The notes: a model not told the origin generated them from the letters alone. A DNA stretch of 64,000 nt from Bacteroidia bacterium (GCA_965279035.1 OZ257142.1:1696001-1760000), one strand, 5' to 3'; shown: positions 28,155 through 39,480, counted from the first letter of the stretch. Numbers and translations are program-made.

Positions 28155-29423
28155 TTACCGTAGAATTTCAAAGCGATAGGCATCCAAACGAACAAAGATG
28201 AACGTTAAAACGGTAAAGGACCATAGTGAAGATCCTCCGTAACTAAAGAATGGCAAGGGAATACCAACAACGGGCGCCAATCCGATGGTCATTCCGATAT
28301 TAATAGCTAGGTGAATGAAGATGATACTCGCCAAGCCATATCCATAAATACGGGAAAATGTACTACGCTGTCGTTCGGCTAGATAGATGAGCCGCAGGAG
28401 TAAAACGATAAACAAACCGAGAACGAGTAAACTTCCTGCAAATCCCCATTCTTCGCCAACGGTACAAAAGATAAAGTCGGTACTTTGTTCAGGAACGTAA
28501 TTGTATTTGGTTTGCGTTCCATTCAAATAACCTTTCCCAATGATTCCGCCCGAACCAATGGCAATCATCGATTGATTTACATTGTAACCTGCACCTTTAG
28601 GATCGACTTCTTTCCCAAGTAATACATTGATCCGTTTCTTTTGGTGAGGCTCGAGGATATTGGTAAATGTATAATCGACCGAGTGCACAAAGGCCATCGC
28701 AGCAACTAACAAACCTACTCCGATAAGTAAATTCCGAATTCGAAAACGAATAAAAAAGAACGAACCTGCAGTAATAACGGCAAGAATCGTTAAGAGAATC
28801 CATTCGTCCATGAGCAATGCAGCGATAAACAAAATGACCATCGCCACACCCATAACCAAGATATTTCCGCTTAGTCCTTCGCGATAAAGCACAAGAATAA
28901 ATGAACCATACACGAGTGCTGATCCGGTTTCGTTTTGAGCAATAATGATCAATGCCGGAACAGCAAAGATGGCAGCCGATATGAGTTTCGTGCTGAGTTC
29001 TTCGAACTTGATATTGATATTACTTAGGTATTTTGCAAGCGCTAAATTGGTTGCAAACTTGGCAAATTCGGCTGGTTGAATTCGAAAGGAACCTAGTTCA
29101 ATCCAGGATTTAGAACCTTTCACTTCCTTCCCCGCAAAGATAACGGCGATGAGTAGTAAGACAAATGATCCATATAAAACCCATGCAAACTTGGGGAAGA
29201 ATTCACCATCAATTACCAAAATAACAAAGGCGATAAAGAGTGAACTCAAAATCCAAATGAGCTGCATTCCATAGCTTTGCGAAGTATCGAAAATGCTTTT
29301 GTACTCTTCGTTGTAAACGGCAGCGTAAATATTAAACCAGCCCATCACCACGAGTATCAGGTACAGCGAAACCAACATCCAATCGATGTTTTGCAAAACG
29401 GCGTCTTTGTTCCTGTTAGCCAT
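28155..29423 (-). CDS. rodA: Rod shape-determining SEDS glycosyltransferase RodA
   Basis: IQPAEFAK, GYNVNQSMIAIGSGG, VPEQSTDFIF, GEEWG, LPFFSYGGSS. Confidence 0.95.
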   Translation of the reverse strand: MANRNKDAVLQNIDWMLVSLYLILVVMGWFNIYAAVYNEEYKSIFDTSQSYGMQLIWILSSLFIAFVILVIDGEFFPKFAWVLYGSFVLLLIAVIFAGKEVKGSKSWIELGSFRIQPAEFAKFATNLALAKYLSNINIKFEELSTKLISAAIFAVPALIIIAQNETGSALVYGSFILVLYREGLSGNILVMGVAMVILFIAALLMDEWILLTILAVITAGSFFFIRFRIRNLLIGVGLLVAAMAFVHSVDYTFTNILEPHQKKRINVLLGKEVDPKGAGYNVNQSMIAIGSGGIIGKGYLNGTQTKYNYVPEQSTDFIFCTVGEEWGFAGSLLVLGLFIVLLLRLIYLAERQRSTFSRIYGYGLASIIFIHLAINIGMTIGLAPVVGIPLPFFSYGGSSLWSFTVLTFIFVRLDAYRFEILR

Positions 29424-29425
29424 GA

Positions 29426-31258
29426 TTATTTTTTAGAAATCCAGTCTTCTTTTCGGGGAAGTAGATTGGCGTCGGTAATTCTCTTTTCCATTTCTGGGCG
29501 CTTAATTTCTCTACGAAAATATTTCTCCAGCATTAAACTCGCAATAGGAGCCGCCCACGCTGCACCAAAACCGGCATTTTCCACATAAACCGCAATGGCA
29601 ATTTTGGGATTGTCCATAGGAGCAAAGCAAATAAAAATGGAGTGGTCTTTTCCGTGTGGATTTTGAGCCGTCCCAGTTTTACCACAGATTGTAAGTGAAT
29701 CCAATTGAGCAATTCGTCCTGTACCATTTAGAATTACGTTTCGCATTCCAGCTACTACCGGATCAAAATATTGGCGCTCAACAGTAGTATAGCGACGACG
29801 TTTATACAATGTATCGATTTCACCACCTTCAACTTTTTTAATCACATGCGGTGTGTAAAACCAACCACGATTGGCTATGGTAGCGCAGTAATTCGCCATT
29901 TGCAAAGGAGTAACGCCCATTTCACCTTGACCAATAGCCAAAGAAATTACAGTGATTGCATTCCATCTTCCCGCTCCATGGTATTTATCGTAATACTTAA
30001 CGGTAGGAACATTTCCTTTCGATTCTTGTGGTAAATCAACAGGTAATTTCTGTCCGATTCCAAAACTTAACACATGGTTGCGCCAAACAGTGAAGCCTAA
30101 TTGAGTTTTAGGATATTTCTGAAGGATGTTTTTGAACGTATTGCAATAATAGGAATTGCAGGAAGTTGTGATTGAAAAAAGTAAGTTCACTGGTGATGCA
30201 TGCGGGTGACAACCAACCGTTAATCCGCCGAAATGAAATCCTCTACTACAACTAAATAAAGTTGTTCCATTGATTACGCCTTCTTGTTGACCGATTAATG
30301 CATTTACCAATTTGAAGGTCGAGCCGGGTGGATATTTCGCCATGGTTGCGCGGTTGTACAAAGGCTTGAGCGTATCGACCAGCATTTTTCGGTAATTCTT
30401 GCTTTTGACACGACCTACCAACAAATTCGGATCATAAGTAGGACTCGAAAGCATCGCCAATATTTCTCCCGAACCGGGTTCAATTGCGACGATTGCACCA
30501 ACCTTATTCATCATAAGTTTTTCTCCGTATTGCTGCAATTCGGCATCAATGGATGATGTTAAACTTCTTCCTAAAACGGAAGCAGTATCGTATTTTCCTT
30601 CTTCAAAACTTCCTTTCTCCCGGTTGTAAACATCCACCATCACAATCTTCACCCCGCGTTGTCCACGTAAGGGAATCTCGTAGCTTTTCTCAATACCACT
30701 TAATCCCATGTTATCTCCTTGACGATAATACGGATTGTCCTTGATGAGTTTTTCGTCTACTTCGCCCACATAACCTAAGGCATGAGCAGCAATGCGCATT
30801 GGATATTTACGAAGTGTTCGGGCTTGAACGAAGAATCCAGGGAATTTATACAGTTGCTCTTGCAGCGTGGCGTATGTTTCGAGCGATAATTCACTTTCGA
30901 AAATCTCTGGACGAAACGAGCTGAATTTCTTCCCTTTTAATTCGATGAGTTTTTTGGTGAATTCTTCTTTGGTAATATCAAGCAGCTTGCATAAATCTAA
31001 TGTATCAATGGTTTTTACCCGTTTGGGGATAACCATTAAATCGTAAGCTGCTTCGTTGTAAACTAGAATTTTTCCATTTCGATCGTAGATAACTCCACGT
31101 TCGGGGTATTCAATTTTATGACGCAAGGCATTGTCGTTCGCTGCCAATTTATAGCGATCGTCCACTACTTGAATATAAAACAAGCGGATTAAGAAAATCG
31201 CCACCAACGTAATGAAGATGGCGCTGATAACGTATTTGCGATCAGAGAACAGATTCAT
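29426..31258 (-). CDS. mrdA: Penicillin-binding protein 2
   Basis: RGVIYDRNG, YPPGSTFK, SCN, KTGTAQ. Confidence 0.95.
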   Translation of the reverse strand: MNLFSDRKYVISAIFITLVAIFLIRLFYIQVVDDRYKLAANDNALRHKIEYPERGVIYDRNGKILVYNEAAYDLMVIPKRVKTIDTLDLCKLLDITKEEFTKKLIELKGKKFSSFRPEIFESELSLETYATLQEQLYKFPGFFVQARTLRKYPMRIAAHALGYVGEVDEKLIKDNPYYRQGDNMGLSGIEKSYEIPLRGQRGVKIVMVDVYNREKGSFEEGKYDTASVLGRSLTSSIDAELQQYGEKLMMNKVGAIVAIEPGSGEILAMLSSPTYDPNLLVGRVKSKNYRKMLVDTLKPLYNRATMAKYPPGSTFKLVNALIGQQEGVINGTTLFSCSRGFHFGGLTVGCHPHASPVNLLFSITTSCNSYYCNTFKNILQKYPKTQLGFTVWRNHVLSFGIGQKLPVDLPQESKGNVPTVKYYDKYHGAGRWNAITVISLAIGQGEMGVTPLQMANYCATIANRGWFYTPHVIKKVEGGEIDTLYKRRRYTTVERQYFDPVVAGMRNVILNGTGRIAQLDSLTICGKTGTAQNPHGKDHSIFICFAPMDNPKIAIAVYVENAGFGAAWAAPIASLMLEKYFRREIKRPEMEKRITDANLLPRKEDWISKK

Positions 31259-31788
31259 TTGGCAACTACCCGATTACGCTGAGTGAGAAACTGACTAAGA
31301 ACCGCAAGGAGGAGTGTGCTTATACTGCACGTGATAACACGCAGCAAGAGTTGAAAGAAATTGAGGAATGTAAACGATTCCACTAGGAACAATACAAAGT
31401 GATGAGCAAAAATCATCACTGAAGCATAAATGAGAAAAGTGCTGGTTCCCATTCCGGCAATGTTGAGTTTCAAGGTTGTTTCATAGCCTTCGCGCGGTGC
31501 GATGATATTTAAAAATCCAGGACGAAGGAAGCCTAGAACAAGGCAAGCCGATGCATGCATTCCAGCGGTTCCACTAAAAATATCAATGGTAAATCCGGTA
31601 AGGAAACAAAGAAATAAAAGGAGGATTTTGTTGATGTTGATTGGAAGCATCAATAAAAACAGAACATATAGATAGGGATTAACAAAACCATTCAATACAC
31701 CACTTATTTCGATTTGATTCAATACAAGAACCTGCACGAAAACAAGAAGAATAAAGCGAATAATTTGTACGATAATATCTCCGATCAT
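31255..31788 (-). CDS. mreD: Rod shape-determining protein MreD
   Basis: Hydrophobic protein (NPYLYVLF..., GFTIDIF..TAGMHA) between mreC and mrdA. Confidence 0.88.
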   Translation of the reverse strand: MIGDIIVQIIRFILLVFVQVLVLNQIEISGVLNGFVNPYLYVLFLLMLPININKILLLFLCFLTGFTIDIFSGTAGMHASACLVLGFLRPGFLNIIAPREGYETTLKLNIAGMGTSTFLIYASVMIFAHHFVLFLVESFTFLNFFQLLLRVITCSISTLLLAVLSQFLTQRNRVVAK

Positions 31789-32615
31789 CGTGTTTCTAAT
31801 GTTTTAGCTTCCAATGTATCCAATTCCATTTTCATCAGATTGCGCACCACATAAACGTACGATAACTTCTGAAAATCGGTCGATAAACGAATTCGGATAT
31901 CCTTAAAACTCACTCCCGATTTTCCAATTTCTGAAACGATTCCAACGAGAACGTTTTGAGGATAAATTTTAGAATATGAGCTGGTCACAATCGTATCGCC
32001 AACGGTAACTTGAGCATGACTTGGAATATCGAAAAGTTGAGCATACTGTGGCGAATTTCCATCCCAAACGGTAGATCCGAAATAGTCGTTTTTCTTTACT
32101 CGAGAAGAAATTTTAGTATTGCTATTAAGCAGCGACATAACGGTACTAAAATGTTCCGAAACATCTTTCACCACTCCAACTACACCATTGCTACTGATAA
32201 CAGCATCACCCGATTTTATTCCTTGTAATCGACCTTTATCCAATGTAATGTAGTTGTTAACGCGAGTTACACTGTTATTAATGACGCGTGCGCTGATATA
32301 CTCGTATTGTTGAATTCCGGTTGAGTCGTTCACTTTCATGACTTCAAAACGAGTATCATAAAACGAACTAGAATCGGCTTTTCTCAAACGCGCATTTTCT
32401 GCTGCTAACACCCGATTGGTTTCTCCTAAAATGAGGTAGTCGGTTACGTTGCTGTATGCAGCATACATATTCCCAACAACTTCATTACTAGTTCCAACGA
32501 TGGCGGCTCGCTGGTACGTTGAATTTTGAACTAACAAGAAACCCGAAACCACCTCCAACAGAAGAAAGACAATGAAGAAATTGTATTTTCTGATGAGGAC
32601 GAAAAAATTCCGCAT
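31785..32615 (-). CDS. mreC: Rod shape-determining protein MreC
   Basis: N-terminal TM, coiled coil LAAENARL, ITLDKG..QGI, GVVG, GDTIVTS. Confidence 0.92.
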   Translation of the reverse strand: MRNFFVLIRKYNFFIVFLLLEVVSGFLLVQNSTYQRAAIVGTSNEVVGNMYAAYSNVTDYLILGETNRVLAAENARLRKADSSSFYDTRFEVMKVNDSTGIQQYEYISARVINNSVTRVNNYITLDKGRLQGIKSGDAVISSNGVVGVVKDVSEHFSTVMSLLNSNTKISSRVKKNDYFGSTVWDGNSPQYAQLFDIPSHAQVTVGDTIVTSSYSKIYPQNVLVGIVSEIGKSGVSFKDIRIRLSTDFQKLSYVYVVRNLMKMELDTLEAKTLETR

Positions 32616-32641
32616 ACGATCTCAGATCAAAAAGGGATAGT

Positions 32642-33664
32642 TTATCGAATCAAGAATTTGAATTTATCGCGATTTTTCAAGGCGATTCCTGTCCCACGGG
32701 CAACCGCACGAAGTGGATCTTCGGCAATATAAACCGGTAGTTTCGTACGAGCCGAAATTCGTTTATCCAAACCACGAAGCATTGATCCTCCACCAGCTAA
32801 ATAAATCCCAGTGCGATAAATATCTGCTGAAAGTTCCGGCGGTGTCATTTCCAAGGCATTCAAAATAGCCGTTTCAATTTTCGCAATGGATTTGTCCAAA
32901 CAATGCGCAATCTCTTGATACGAAACCATGATTTCTTTTGGAATACCCGTCATCATATCACGACCGTGAACAGCATAATCGGCAGGAGGATTTTCAATTT
33001 CTGTTAAGGCTGCGCCCACTTCAATTTTAATACGCTCAGCTGTACGCTCACCAATATGGATATTGTGCTGACGACGCATGTAATCCTCGATATCAGCAGT
33101 AAAATCATCACCAGCCACGCGAATACTTTTATCGCAGACAATTCCACCTAAGGCAATAACAGCGATCTCAGAAGTACCACCACCAATATCGATGATCATA
33201 TTTCCCATCGGCTCTTCTACGTCGATACCGATACCGATTGCAGCAGCCATGGGTTCGTGAATGAGGTAAACTTCTTTCGCTCCAGCATGTTCGGCGGAGT
33301 CGCGTACTGCACGTTTTTCCACCTCAGTAATTCCCGAAGGAATGCAGATAACCATGACTAATGAAGGGGAAAATATTTTCCTTCCGGGATTGATCATTTT
33401 TATCATTCCCCGAATCATGTGTTCGGCTGCGTTGAAGTCGGCAATCACACCATCTTTCAATGGGCGAATGGTTTTGATGTTTTCGTGTGTTTTACCATGC
33501 ATTTGCTGAGCTTGCTTTCCAACGGCAATTACTTTTCCTGTTGAACGCTCAATGGCCACAATCGAAGGTTCATCAACAACTACTTTATCGTTGTGAATAA
33601 TGATCGTATTGGCTGTACCAAGGTCGATGGCGATTTCCTGGGTGAAGAAATTAAATAAACCCAT
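32642..33664 (-). CDS. mreB: Actin-like rod shape protein MreB
   Basis: IDLGTANT, RPLKDGVIADF, EPMAAAIG, DIGGGTSE, AGGG. Confidence 0.97.
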   Translation of the reverse strand: MGLFNFFTQEIAIDLGTANTIIIHNDKVVVDEPSIVAIERSTGKVIAVGKQAQQMHGKTHENIKTIRPLKDGVIADFNAAEHMIRGMIKMINPGRKIFSPSLVMVICIPSGITEVEKRAVRDSAEHAGAKEVYLIHEPMAAAIGIGIDVEEPMGNMIIDIGGGTSEIAVIALGGIVCDKSIRVAGDDFTADIEDYMRRQHNIHIGERTAERIKIEVGAALTEIENPPADYAVHGRDMMTGIPKEIMVSYQEIAHCLDKSIAKIETAILNALEMTPPELSADIYRTGIYLAGGGSMLRGLDKRISARTKLPVYIAEDPLRAVARGTGIALKNRDKFKFLIR

Positions 33665-33679
33665 GTGTGTATCTCGGGA

Positions 33680-35170
33680 TTAATGTTTAAAGTGTCTGAT
33701 TCCTGTAAAAACCATCGCCATATTCAGGCGGTTGGCTGTATCAATTGTTTCCTGATCGCGAACGGATCCGCCAGGTTGAATAATTGCCGCAATACCCGCC
33801 TCGGCAGCCAGTTCTACATTGTCGGAAAATGGAAAAAATGCATCCGACGACAATACTGAACCTTCTGTTGTAAAGCCCATGCGACGAGCTTTTTCGACCG
33901 ATTGTTTTAAGGCATCTACGCGTGAAGTTTGTCCTGTACCGGAAGCTAAAAGCTGCAAGTGACGAACGAGAACGATTGCGTTTGATTTGGTATGTTTCAC
34001 CAGAATGGCAGCAAACTCAATGTCGGCATACAATGCTGGATCGGGTTGTTTTTCTGTTACTGTAATAAAATCTTCAGCCGTTTCGATACGCGTATCACGT
34101 TGTTGAACAAGTGTGCCGTTGAGAACACTGCGGTAGTTCGTATGTGGCCAAGCAAAATCCTGTGTGTGAAGGATGATTCGATTCTTCTTGCTTTTCAGTA
34201 TTTGCAGAGCTTCGTCGGAATAACTAGGAGCTAAGATGACTTCAAAAAATAATAAATCAACTTCTTTCGCTGTATCAACATCAATTGCTGTATTGAAAAC
34301 AAACACACCACCAAAAGCCGAAAGTGGATCACCAGCTAATGCTTTTTTCCATGCTTGAACAGAATCTTTATCGAGCGCTGCTCCACAGGCATTGTTGTGT
34401 TTTATGACGGCACAACCAGCAGAAGGAAAATCATGAATGAGCGAAAGAGCAGCATCCACATCGAGCAGGTTGTTGTATGAAAGTTCTTTCCCGTGTAGTT
34501 GAGAAAAAGCTTTATTCAAATCACCTTGAAAACTAGCTGCTTGGTGAGGATTTTCACCATAGCGAAGTGCTTGTTTATTTCCTCCAAACCAATCGGCAAT
34601 AGCAGTATCGTAAGTAGAAGTAGTTGCAAATGCTGAAGCAGCATAGTGTTTACGCTGATCTAGATTGCTGAAACCATCCTGCTCATTCAATAAATCTAAA
34701 AATGCTGGGTACTGCTTTTTATCCGAAATGATCAACACATCTTGAAAATTCTTCGCTGCAGCACGAATTAAACTCACACCTCCAATATCAATTTTCTCAA
34801 TAATCTCTTCTTCAATCGCACCAGAAGCAAGCGTTTCGCTGAATGGATACAAATCAACCATCACCAAATCAATTTCAGGAATCTCGTATTCCTCGAGTTG
34901 AGCAATGTCTGATTTTTCATCTCGGCGACTTAGTATTCCTCCAAAAACCTTTGGGTGAAGAGTTTTTACTCGCCCACCTAAAATGGAAGGATAAGTAGTG
35001 AGATCTTCTACTGCAATCACATCCAATCCCAATTCTTCCAAAAATGTACGTGTTCCTCCGGTAGAATAAACTTTTACTCCTAAAGCCTGCAATTTGAGCG
35101 CAATGGGTGCAAGTCCATCTTTGTAAAATACCGAAATGAGTGCGCTTTGGATGCGCTTAGGTTGGGACAT
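33680..35170 (-). CDS. purH: Bifunctional AICAR transformylase / IMP cyclohydrolase
   Basis: ALISV, STGGT, GGRVKTLHP, IDIGG, LRYGENPHQ, KHNN, SDAFFPF, IQPGGS, RHFKH. Start at MSQPK. Confidence 0.96.
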   Translation of the reverse strand: MSQPKRIQSALISVFYKDGLAPIALKLQALGVKVYSTGGTRTFLEELGLDVIAVEDLTTYPSILGGRVKTLHPKVFGGILSRRDEKSDIAQLEEYEIPEIDLVMVDLYPFSETLASGAIEEEIIEKIDIGGVSLIRAAAKNFQDVLIISDKKQYPAFLDLLNEQDGFSNLDQRKHYAASAFATTSTYDTAIADWFGGNKQALRYGENPHQAASFQGDLNKAFSQLHGKELSYNNLLDVDAALSLIHDFPSAGCAVIKHNNACGAALDKDSVQAWKKALAGDPLSAFGGVFVFNTAIDVDTAKEVDLLFFEVILAPSYSDEALQILKSKKNRIILHTQDFAWPHTNYRSVLNGTLVQQRDTRIETAEDFITVTEKQPDPALYADIEFAAILVKHTKSNAIVLVRHLQLLASGTGQTSRVDALKQSVEKARRMGFTTEGSVLSSDAFFPFSDNVELAAEAGIAAIIQPGGSVRDQETIDTANRLNMAMVFTGIRHFKH

Positions 35171-35407
35171 GGAATGAAAAGAATGAAGCCGCAAACTTAA
35201 TGAAAAGAAGTCCACGATTCGGGGCGAAATGCAGGGAATTTTAGGAAATGTTAAGAATTTTTGAACAAATCATACACGTTTCTAACATGCTGATTTTCAA
35301 ATGCAAAAAATAACATTGTTCATTAACAACATTCAAGACGTACATGCTATTTCATGAAAATCAATTCATTTCAACTAAAATAGCTTAAACAAGAAAGAAA
35401 TTCAACA

Positions 35408-36460
35408 TTAAACTTCTTTGCTCACATAGGAAGGCTGGAAGTTTTCGTCGCTGTATTCTTTCATAAATCGCATCGAATCATCAACCATCGCTTCGGAACC
35501 AACAAACAATGGAACACGTTGGTGTATGTCGGTTGGACGAATTTCCAGAATATCATTAAAGCCATCAGTTGCTTTTCCTCCTGCTTGTTCAACAATCATG
35601 GCCATGGGATTGGCTTCGTACATCAGTCGTAACTTGCCTTTGGGCGATGCCAATGTGGTTGGATAAATATAAATTCCTCCTTTGATCAAGTTACGATGAA
35701 AATCGCTCACCAATGAACCAATGTAGCGCAATGTATACGGCTTATTGTTGGCTTTATCGTCGATTTGAAGATTCTTAATATACTTTTTTACACCTTCGGG
35801 AAAATGAACGAAGTTTCCTTGATTCACCGAATAAATATTTCCTCCTTTAGGAATACGCATGTTCGGATGTGAAAGACAAAATTCTCCTATGGAAGGATCG
35901 AGTGTGAAGCCATTCACACCATTTCCGGTTGTATAAACCAACATGGTAGATGAACCATAAACTATGTATCCCGCAGCCACTTGATCTGAACCGTATTGAA
36001 GAAAATCATCGACTGTAGCTGGACCATTTTTCGTTTTTCTTCGGTAGATAGAAAAGATTGTCCCAACAGAAACATTCACATCGATATTGGATGAACCATC
36101 TAATGGATCCATGGCTACGATGTATTTTCCAGAGGAAGCCGGACCGTCGAAAAGAATAATATCATCGTTTTCTTCGGAAGCTACACCGGCACATTCGCCA
36201 CCCGAAGCAAGAGCCGCCAAAAACTGATCATTGGCAAATACGTCCAATTTTTTTTGTCCTTCGCCTTGAATGTTTTCTGTTCCAGCTTCACCTAAAATAT
36301 TGACCAATCCGGCCTTATTTACTTCGCGATTGACAATTTTAGCAGCAATACTGATATCGCTCAAAAGACTGGAAAGTTCCCCTTTTGCGTAAGGGAAATC
36401 GGCTTGACGCTCGATAATAAACTCCCCCAATGTCACTAAGTTACGGCTCGGACGGTACAT
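35408..36460 (-). CDS. fbp: Class 1 fructose-1,6-bisphosphatase
   Basis: [43 protein letters not shown]. Confidence 0.96.
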   Translation of the reverse strand: MYRPSRNLVTLGEFIIERQADFPYAKGELSSLLSDISIAAKIVNREVNKAGLVNILGEAGTENIQGEGQKKLDVFANDQFLAALASGGECAGVASEENDDIILFDGPASSGKYIVAMDPLDGSSNIDVNVSVGTIFSIYRRKTKNGPATVDDFLQYGSDQVAAGYIVYGSSTMLVYTTGNGVNGFTLDPSIGEFCLSHPNMRIPKGGNIYSVNQGNFVHFPEGVKKYIKNLQIDDKANNKPYTLRYIGSLVSDFHRNLIKGGIYIYPTTLASPKGKLRLMYEANPMAMIVEQAGGKATDGFNDILEIRPTDIHQRVPLFVGSEAMVDDSMRFMKEYSDENFQPSYVSKEV

Positions 36461-36680
36461 GCAGACGGTTGATTTGGGAGCGTAAAGATAATACGATGTT
36501 CGATATGGCGGGAATGTTAATTTAATATGAAGCTAATTCGGTTCCGATTTCAAGTTTAAGCAGACAATGCACGTGCTTTTAAATAATCTGGAATTGAAAT
36601 ACTTAACCTAGCTGTTTTTAGAATTTTATTTGGATTGCATGTATCGCTTCGATAACTATCTTTGTTTCAAAGGTCCAACC

Positions 36681-37502
36681 ATGAAACGATTTTACTTCCT
36701 CTTAATTTTAGGTTCATTCAGTTTTATTGCTTCAGCTCAGACGCTCATGAATTTTCATGATTTTGAAGTTGTAACAATCGAAGGTGATACCATTTCACTT
36801 TCTCAGTATGCTGGAAAAAAATTGTTGGTTGTCAATACTGCTAGTTATTGTGGCTATACACATCAATTCAACGATTTGCAAGCTTTGTATCAACAATACG
36901 GTGGAAGTAATTTTGAAATTCTTGGTTTTCCATGCAACGATTTTGGAAGCCAAGATCCTGGTGCCGATTCTACCATTTTAGAATTTTGCACAAGCAATTA
37001 CAATGTATCGTTTCAGATGATGTCACGCATTCATATTAAAACAGGTGATACAGCTTCCGTATATAAATGGCTTCAACGAGGCGAACTCAATGGCATTTCA
37101 GATGCTGCTGTAACATGGAACTTCAATAAATTCTTGATTGATGCTCAAGGAAATTGGTCAGGATATTATGACAGTCCTATTTTACCTAACAATCCAGCCA
37201 TTGTTGATTGGATATTAGCTGGTACAGAACCACTCGGAATTTCAGAATCAAAACTGACTTCGTTTCGCGTTTGGACTTTTGAGAATTCCGTTCATATTTC
37301 GAATCCTGTAGAAATCAAAAAATCAATTCAGCTTCAACTTTATTCCATTTCAGGACAATTACTGAATAACGAAATGCTATATCCCAATTCAAATACTGAG
37401 TTTCAATTCTCGGTGCGAGGTATTTCTCCCGGTTTGTACATTTTGAAATTACAAAGTGGAGATCATATTGAAAATCATCGAATTGTCATTTCGAATCAGT
37501 AA
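36681..37502 (+). CDS. Glutathione peroxidase-family protein with signal peptide and T9SS C-terminal domain
   Basis: Signal peptide ending ASA-Q; NTASYCG, GFPCNDF..QDP, WNFNKFLID; CTD LYSISGQLL...PGLYILKL...RIVIS. Confidence 0.85.
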   Translation: MKRFYFLLILGSFSFIASAQTLMNFHDFEVVTIEGDTISLSQYAGKKLLVVNTASYCGYTHQFNDLQALYQQYGGSNFEILGFPCNDFGSQDPGADSTILEFCTSNYNVSFQMMSRIHIKTGDTASVYKWLQRGELNGISDAAVTWNFNKFLIDAQGNWSGYYDSPILPNNPAIVDWILAGTEPLGISESKLTSFRVWTFENSVHISNPVEIKKSIQLQLYSISGQLLNNEMLYPNSNTEFQFSVRGISPGLYILKLQSGDHIENHRIVISNQ

Positions 37503-37634
37503 ACATTTATTACTCTAACAATCATTCAGGTAAATTTTACCTAAACAGTTCTACCGAAAATTCAGCTCAACAATTTTTAAAAGAGTTTGAATAATACAAT
37601 TCATCATAGGCATCTATTTAACCTAATTTATTGA

Positions 37635-38879
37635 ATGCTGTTTTTGCGTCTCTTTCGGGAAAGTTTTCATTTTGCACTCGACTCATTACTGAGTAATAAA
37701 CTGCGTACATTTTTATCGCTCCTCGGGATTACCATTGGGATTTTTGCCATTATTTCGGTATTCACCATGGTCGATTCGATCAAAAGTAATTTAGATAAAA
37801 GCATTTCCTCTCTTGGGAACAATGTCATCTTTATTCAAAAATGGCCTTGGGAATTTACATCCGACTATAAATGGTGGGATTATATGAGTCGCCCCGTTAC
37901 GCATTATCAAGAATTACAATTGGTTCGGGAACGAAGTACTTTATCTGTGGCTTCGGCCTTTTTGATTCAAGCCAATGTGACTTTACAGTATAAAAGTTTT
38001 ACTGCCGAAGATGTTCAAATAAGTGCGGTTAGTGATGAATACGATAAAATCAAATCATTCGAAATTCAAGAAGGACGCTATTTTAGTGATGCAGAGATTC
38101 ATGCAGGACGAAATAAAATTGTTGTCGGAGCAGAGGTAGCCAAGCAACTTTTTGGAAATCTAACACCCATTGGAAAAGAGATTTTAGTGCGAGGTGATAA
38201 AGTGGAAGTGATCGGTGTTTTCAAGCGTGAAGGGCAAAACATTCTCGATTTTGGGCTCGATAATGCCGCCATGGTTCCTTTGAATTTTGCGCGCGCATTG
38301 GTTGATATTCGGAGCGATAATGTGAATCCGTATATCGCAGTAAAAGCAAAAGAAGGTATCAGTAATGAAGCGTTGATTGATGAATTGACTGGGATTATGC
38401 GTGGAATTCGGCGTATTTCTCCACGAGAGAATAATAACTTCGCCTTGAATGAAACGAAATTAATTTCAAACGGATTGGGTTCATTAATCGGAGTTGTAAA
38501 TGTTGCCGGAGGATTTATTGGATTATTTTCCATACTCGTTGGCGGTTTTGGAATTGCCAACATCATGTTTGTATCGGTAAAAGAGCGAACCAATATTATC
38601 GGTATTCAAAAGGCCTTAGGTGCACGCAACTACTTTATTTTATTTCAATTTCTGTTTGAGTCGATGTTGCTTTCCATTGCTGGTGGAATCATTGGTTTAT
38701 TGGTCATCTTTTTTTTAACACTAGCGCTGAGTGCTGGTTTGGATATGGATATATCGCTCAGCATTAAAAACATTAGTTTGGGAATCCTCATTTCATCGGT
38801 GATAGGATTAATCGCTGGAATTGCTCCGGCATTATCGGCTTCACGTCTCGATCCGGTGGAAGCGATACGTTCGAAATGA
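37635..38879 (+). CDS. MacB/FtsX-like ABC transporter permease
   Basis: KLRTFLSLLGITIG, GGFGIANIMFVSVKERT..IGIQKALGA, ASRLDPVEAIR. Confidence 0.92.
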   Translation: MLFLRLFRESFHFALDSLLSNKLRTFLSLLGITIGIFAIISVFTMVDSIKSNLDKSISSLGNNVIFIQKWPWEFTSDYKWWDYMSRPVTHYQELQLVRERSTLSVASAFLIQANVTLQYKSFTAEDVQISAVSDEYDKIKSFEIQEGRYFSDAEIHAGRNKIVVGAEVAKQLFGNLTPIGKEILVRGDKVEVIGVFKREGQNILDFGLDNAAMVPLNFARALVDIRSDNVNPYIAVKAKEGISNEALIDELTGIMRGIRRISPRENNNFALNETKLISNGLGSLIGVVNVAGGFIGLFSILVGGFGIANIMFVSVKERTNIIGIQKALGARNYFILFQFLFESMLLSIAGGIIGLLVIFFLTLALSAGLDMDISLSIKNISLGILISSVIGLIAGIAPALSASRLDPVEAIRSK

Positions 38880-38943
38880 TTCTGATTTTACTTTCAAAAT
38901 TGAAGGTTTGTCTTTAATCGTAATTTCCTCCCCAAGCTCTCCA

Positions 38944-39480
38944 TTAGAAACTCATCATTCTTCCTAATACGTAATTTCTCCTCGAATGAAAGAATGGAAA
39001 TCGACGATTCATATAAAAACGTCGTTCACCAATTCGAAATAAAGTGATCGATTTGAATCTGGGTTTATATTTTTTATTGACCGAAGGTGCTGGTTGATTT
39101 TCAGTTTGAACGCTGTCGACTTTGGCTTTTCTGTACTGAGGATTTACACATTTCCCAGCCGCGTTGATTTCTATAGGATCTTTTTGAATAGGTGCTTGAG
39201 CGCTTATAAAATCTTGTTGGAAATAGAGTATTAGACTAGCTACTATCGGTTTTATTCGAGGAAGCTTTAAGAAATTTAAAGAAAAGCTGGATTGCATTTC
39301 CACTTGATGATCATGGGCAATGCCGCATAATTCACCATTATTTTGACTGAATAGTTCGGTGATTTCAATCTCAGAAAGGGTTCTTAAATCGTGTACATTT
39401 TTTTTACACGATTGACAGAAGAAAGAAGACTGTGGCTCAGGAATTCCGGCTGTACAAGGAGAATACAAATTCGGTTTCAT
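38944..39480 (-). CDS. Hypothetical protein with N-terminal Cys-cluster (C..CxxC..VHDL..LCG) domain
   Basis: SPC...FFCQSCKKNVHDL...ELCG resembles the N-terminal domain of a common Bacteroidota family. Start at MKPNLY, which avoids overlap with the divergent gene. Confidence 0.6.
   Translation of the reverse strand: MKPNLYSPCTAGIPEPQSSFFCQSCKKNVHDLRTLSEIEITELFSQNNGELCGIAHDHQVEMQSSFSLNFLKLPRIKPIVASLILYFQQDFISAQAPIQKDPIEINAAGKCVNPQYRKAKVDSVQTENQPAPSVNKKYKPRFKSITLFRIGERRFYMNRRFPFFHSRRNYVLGRMMSF

Noticed and set aside
36835-36860. Selenocysteine in the GPx active site
   Set aside because: The catalytic codon is TGT (Cys), not TGA, and the ORF is uninterrupted.
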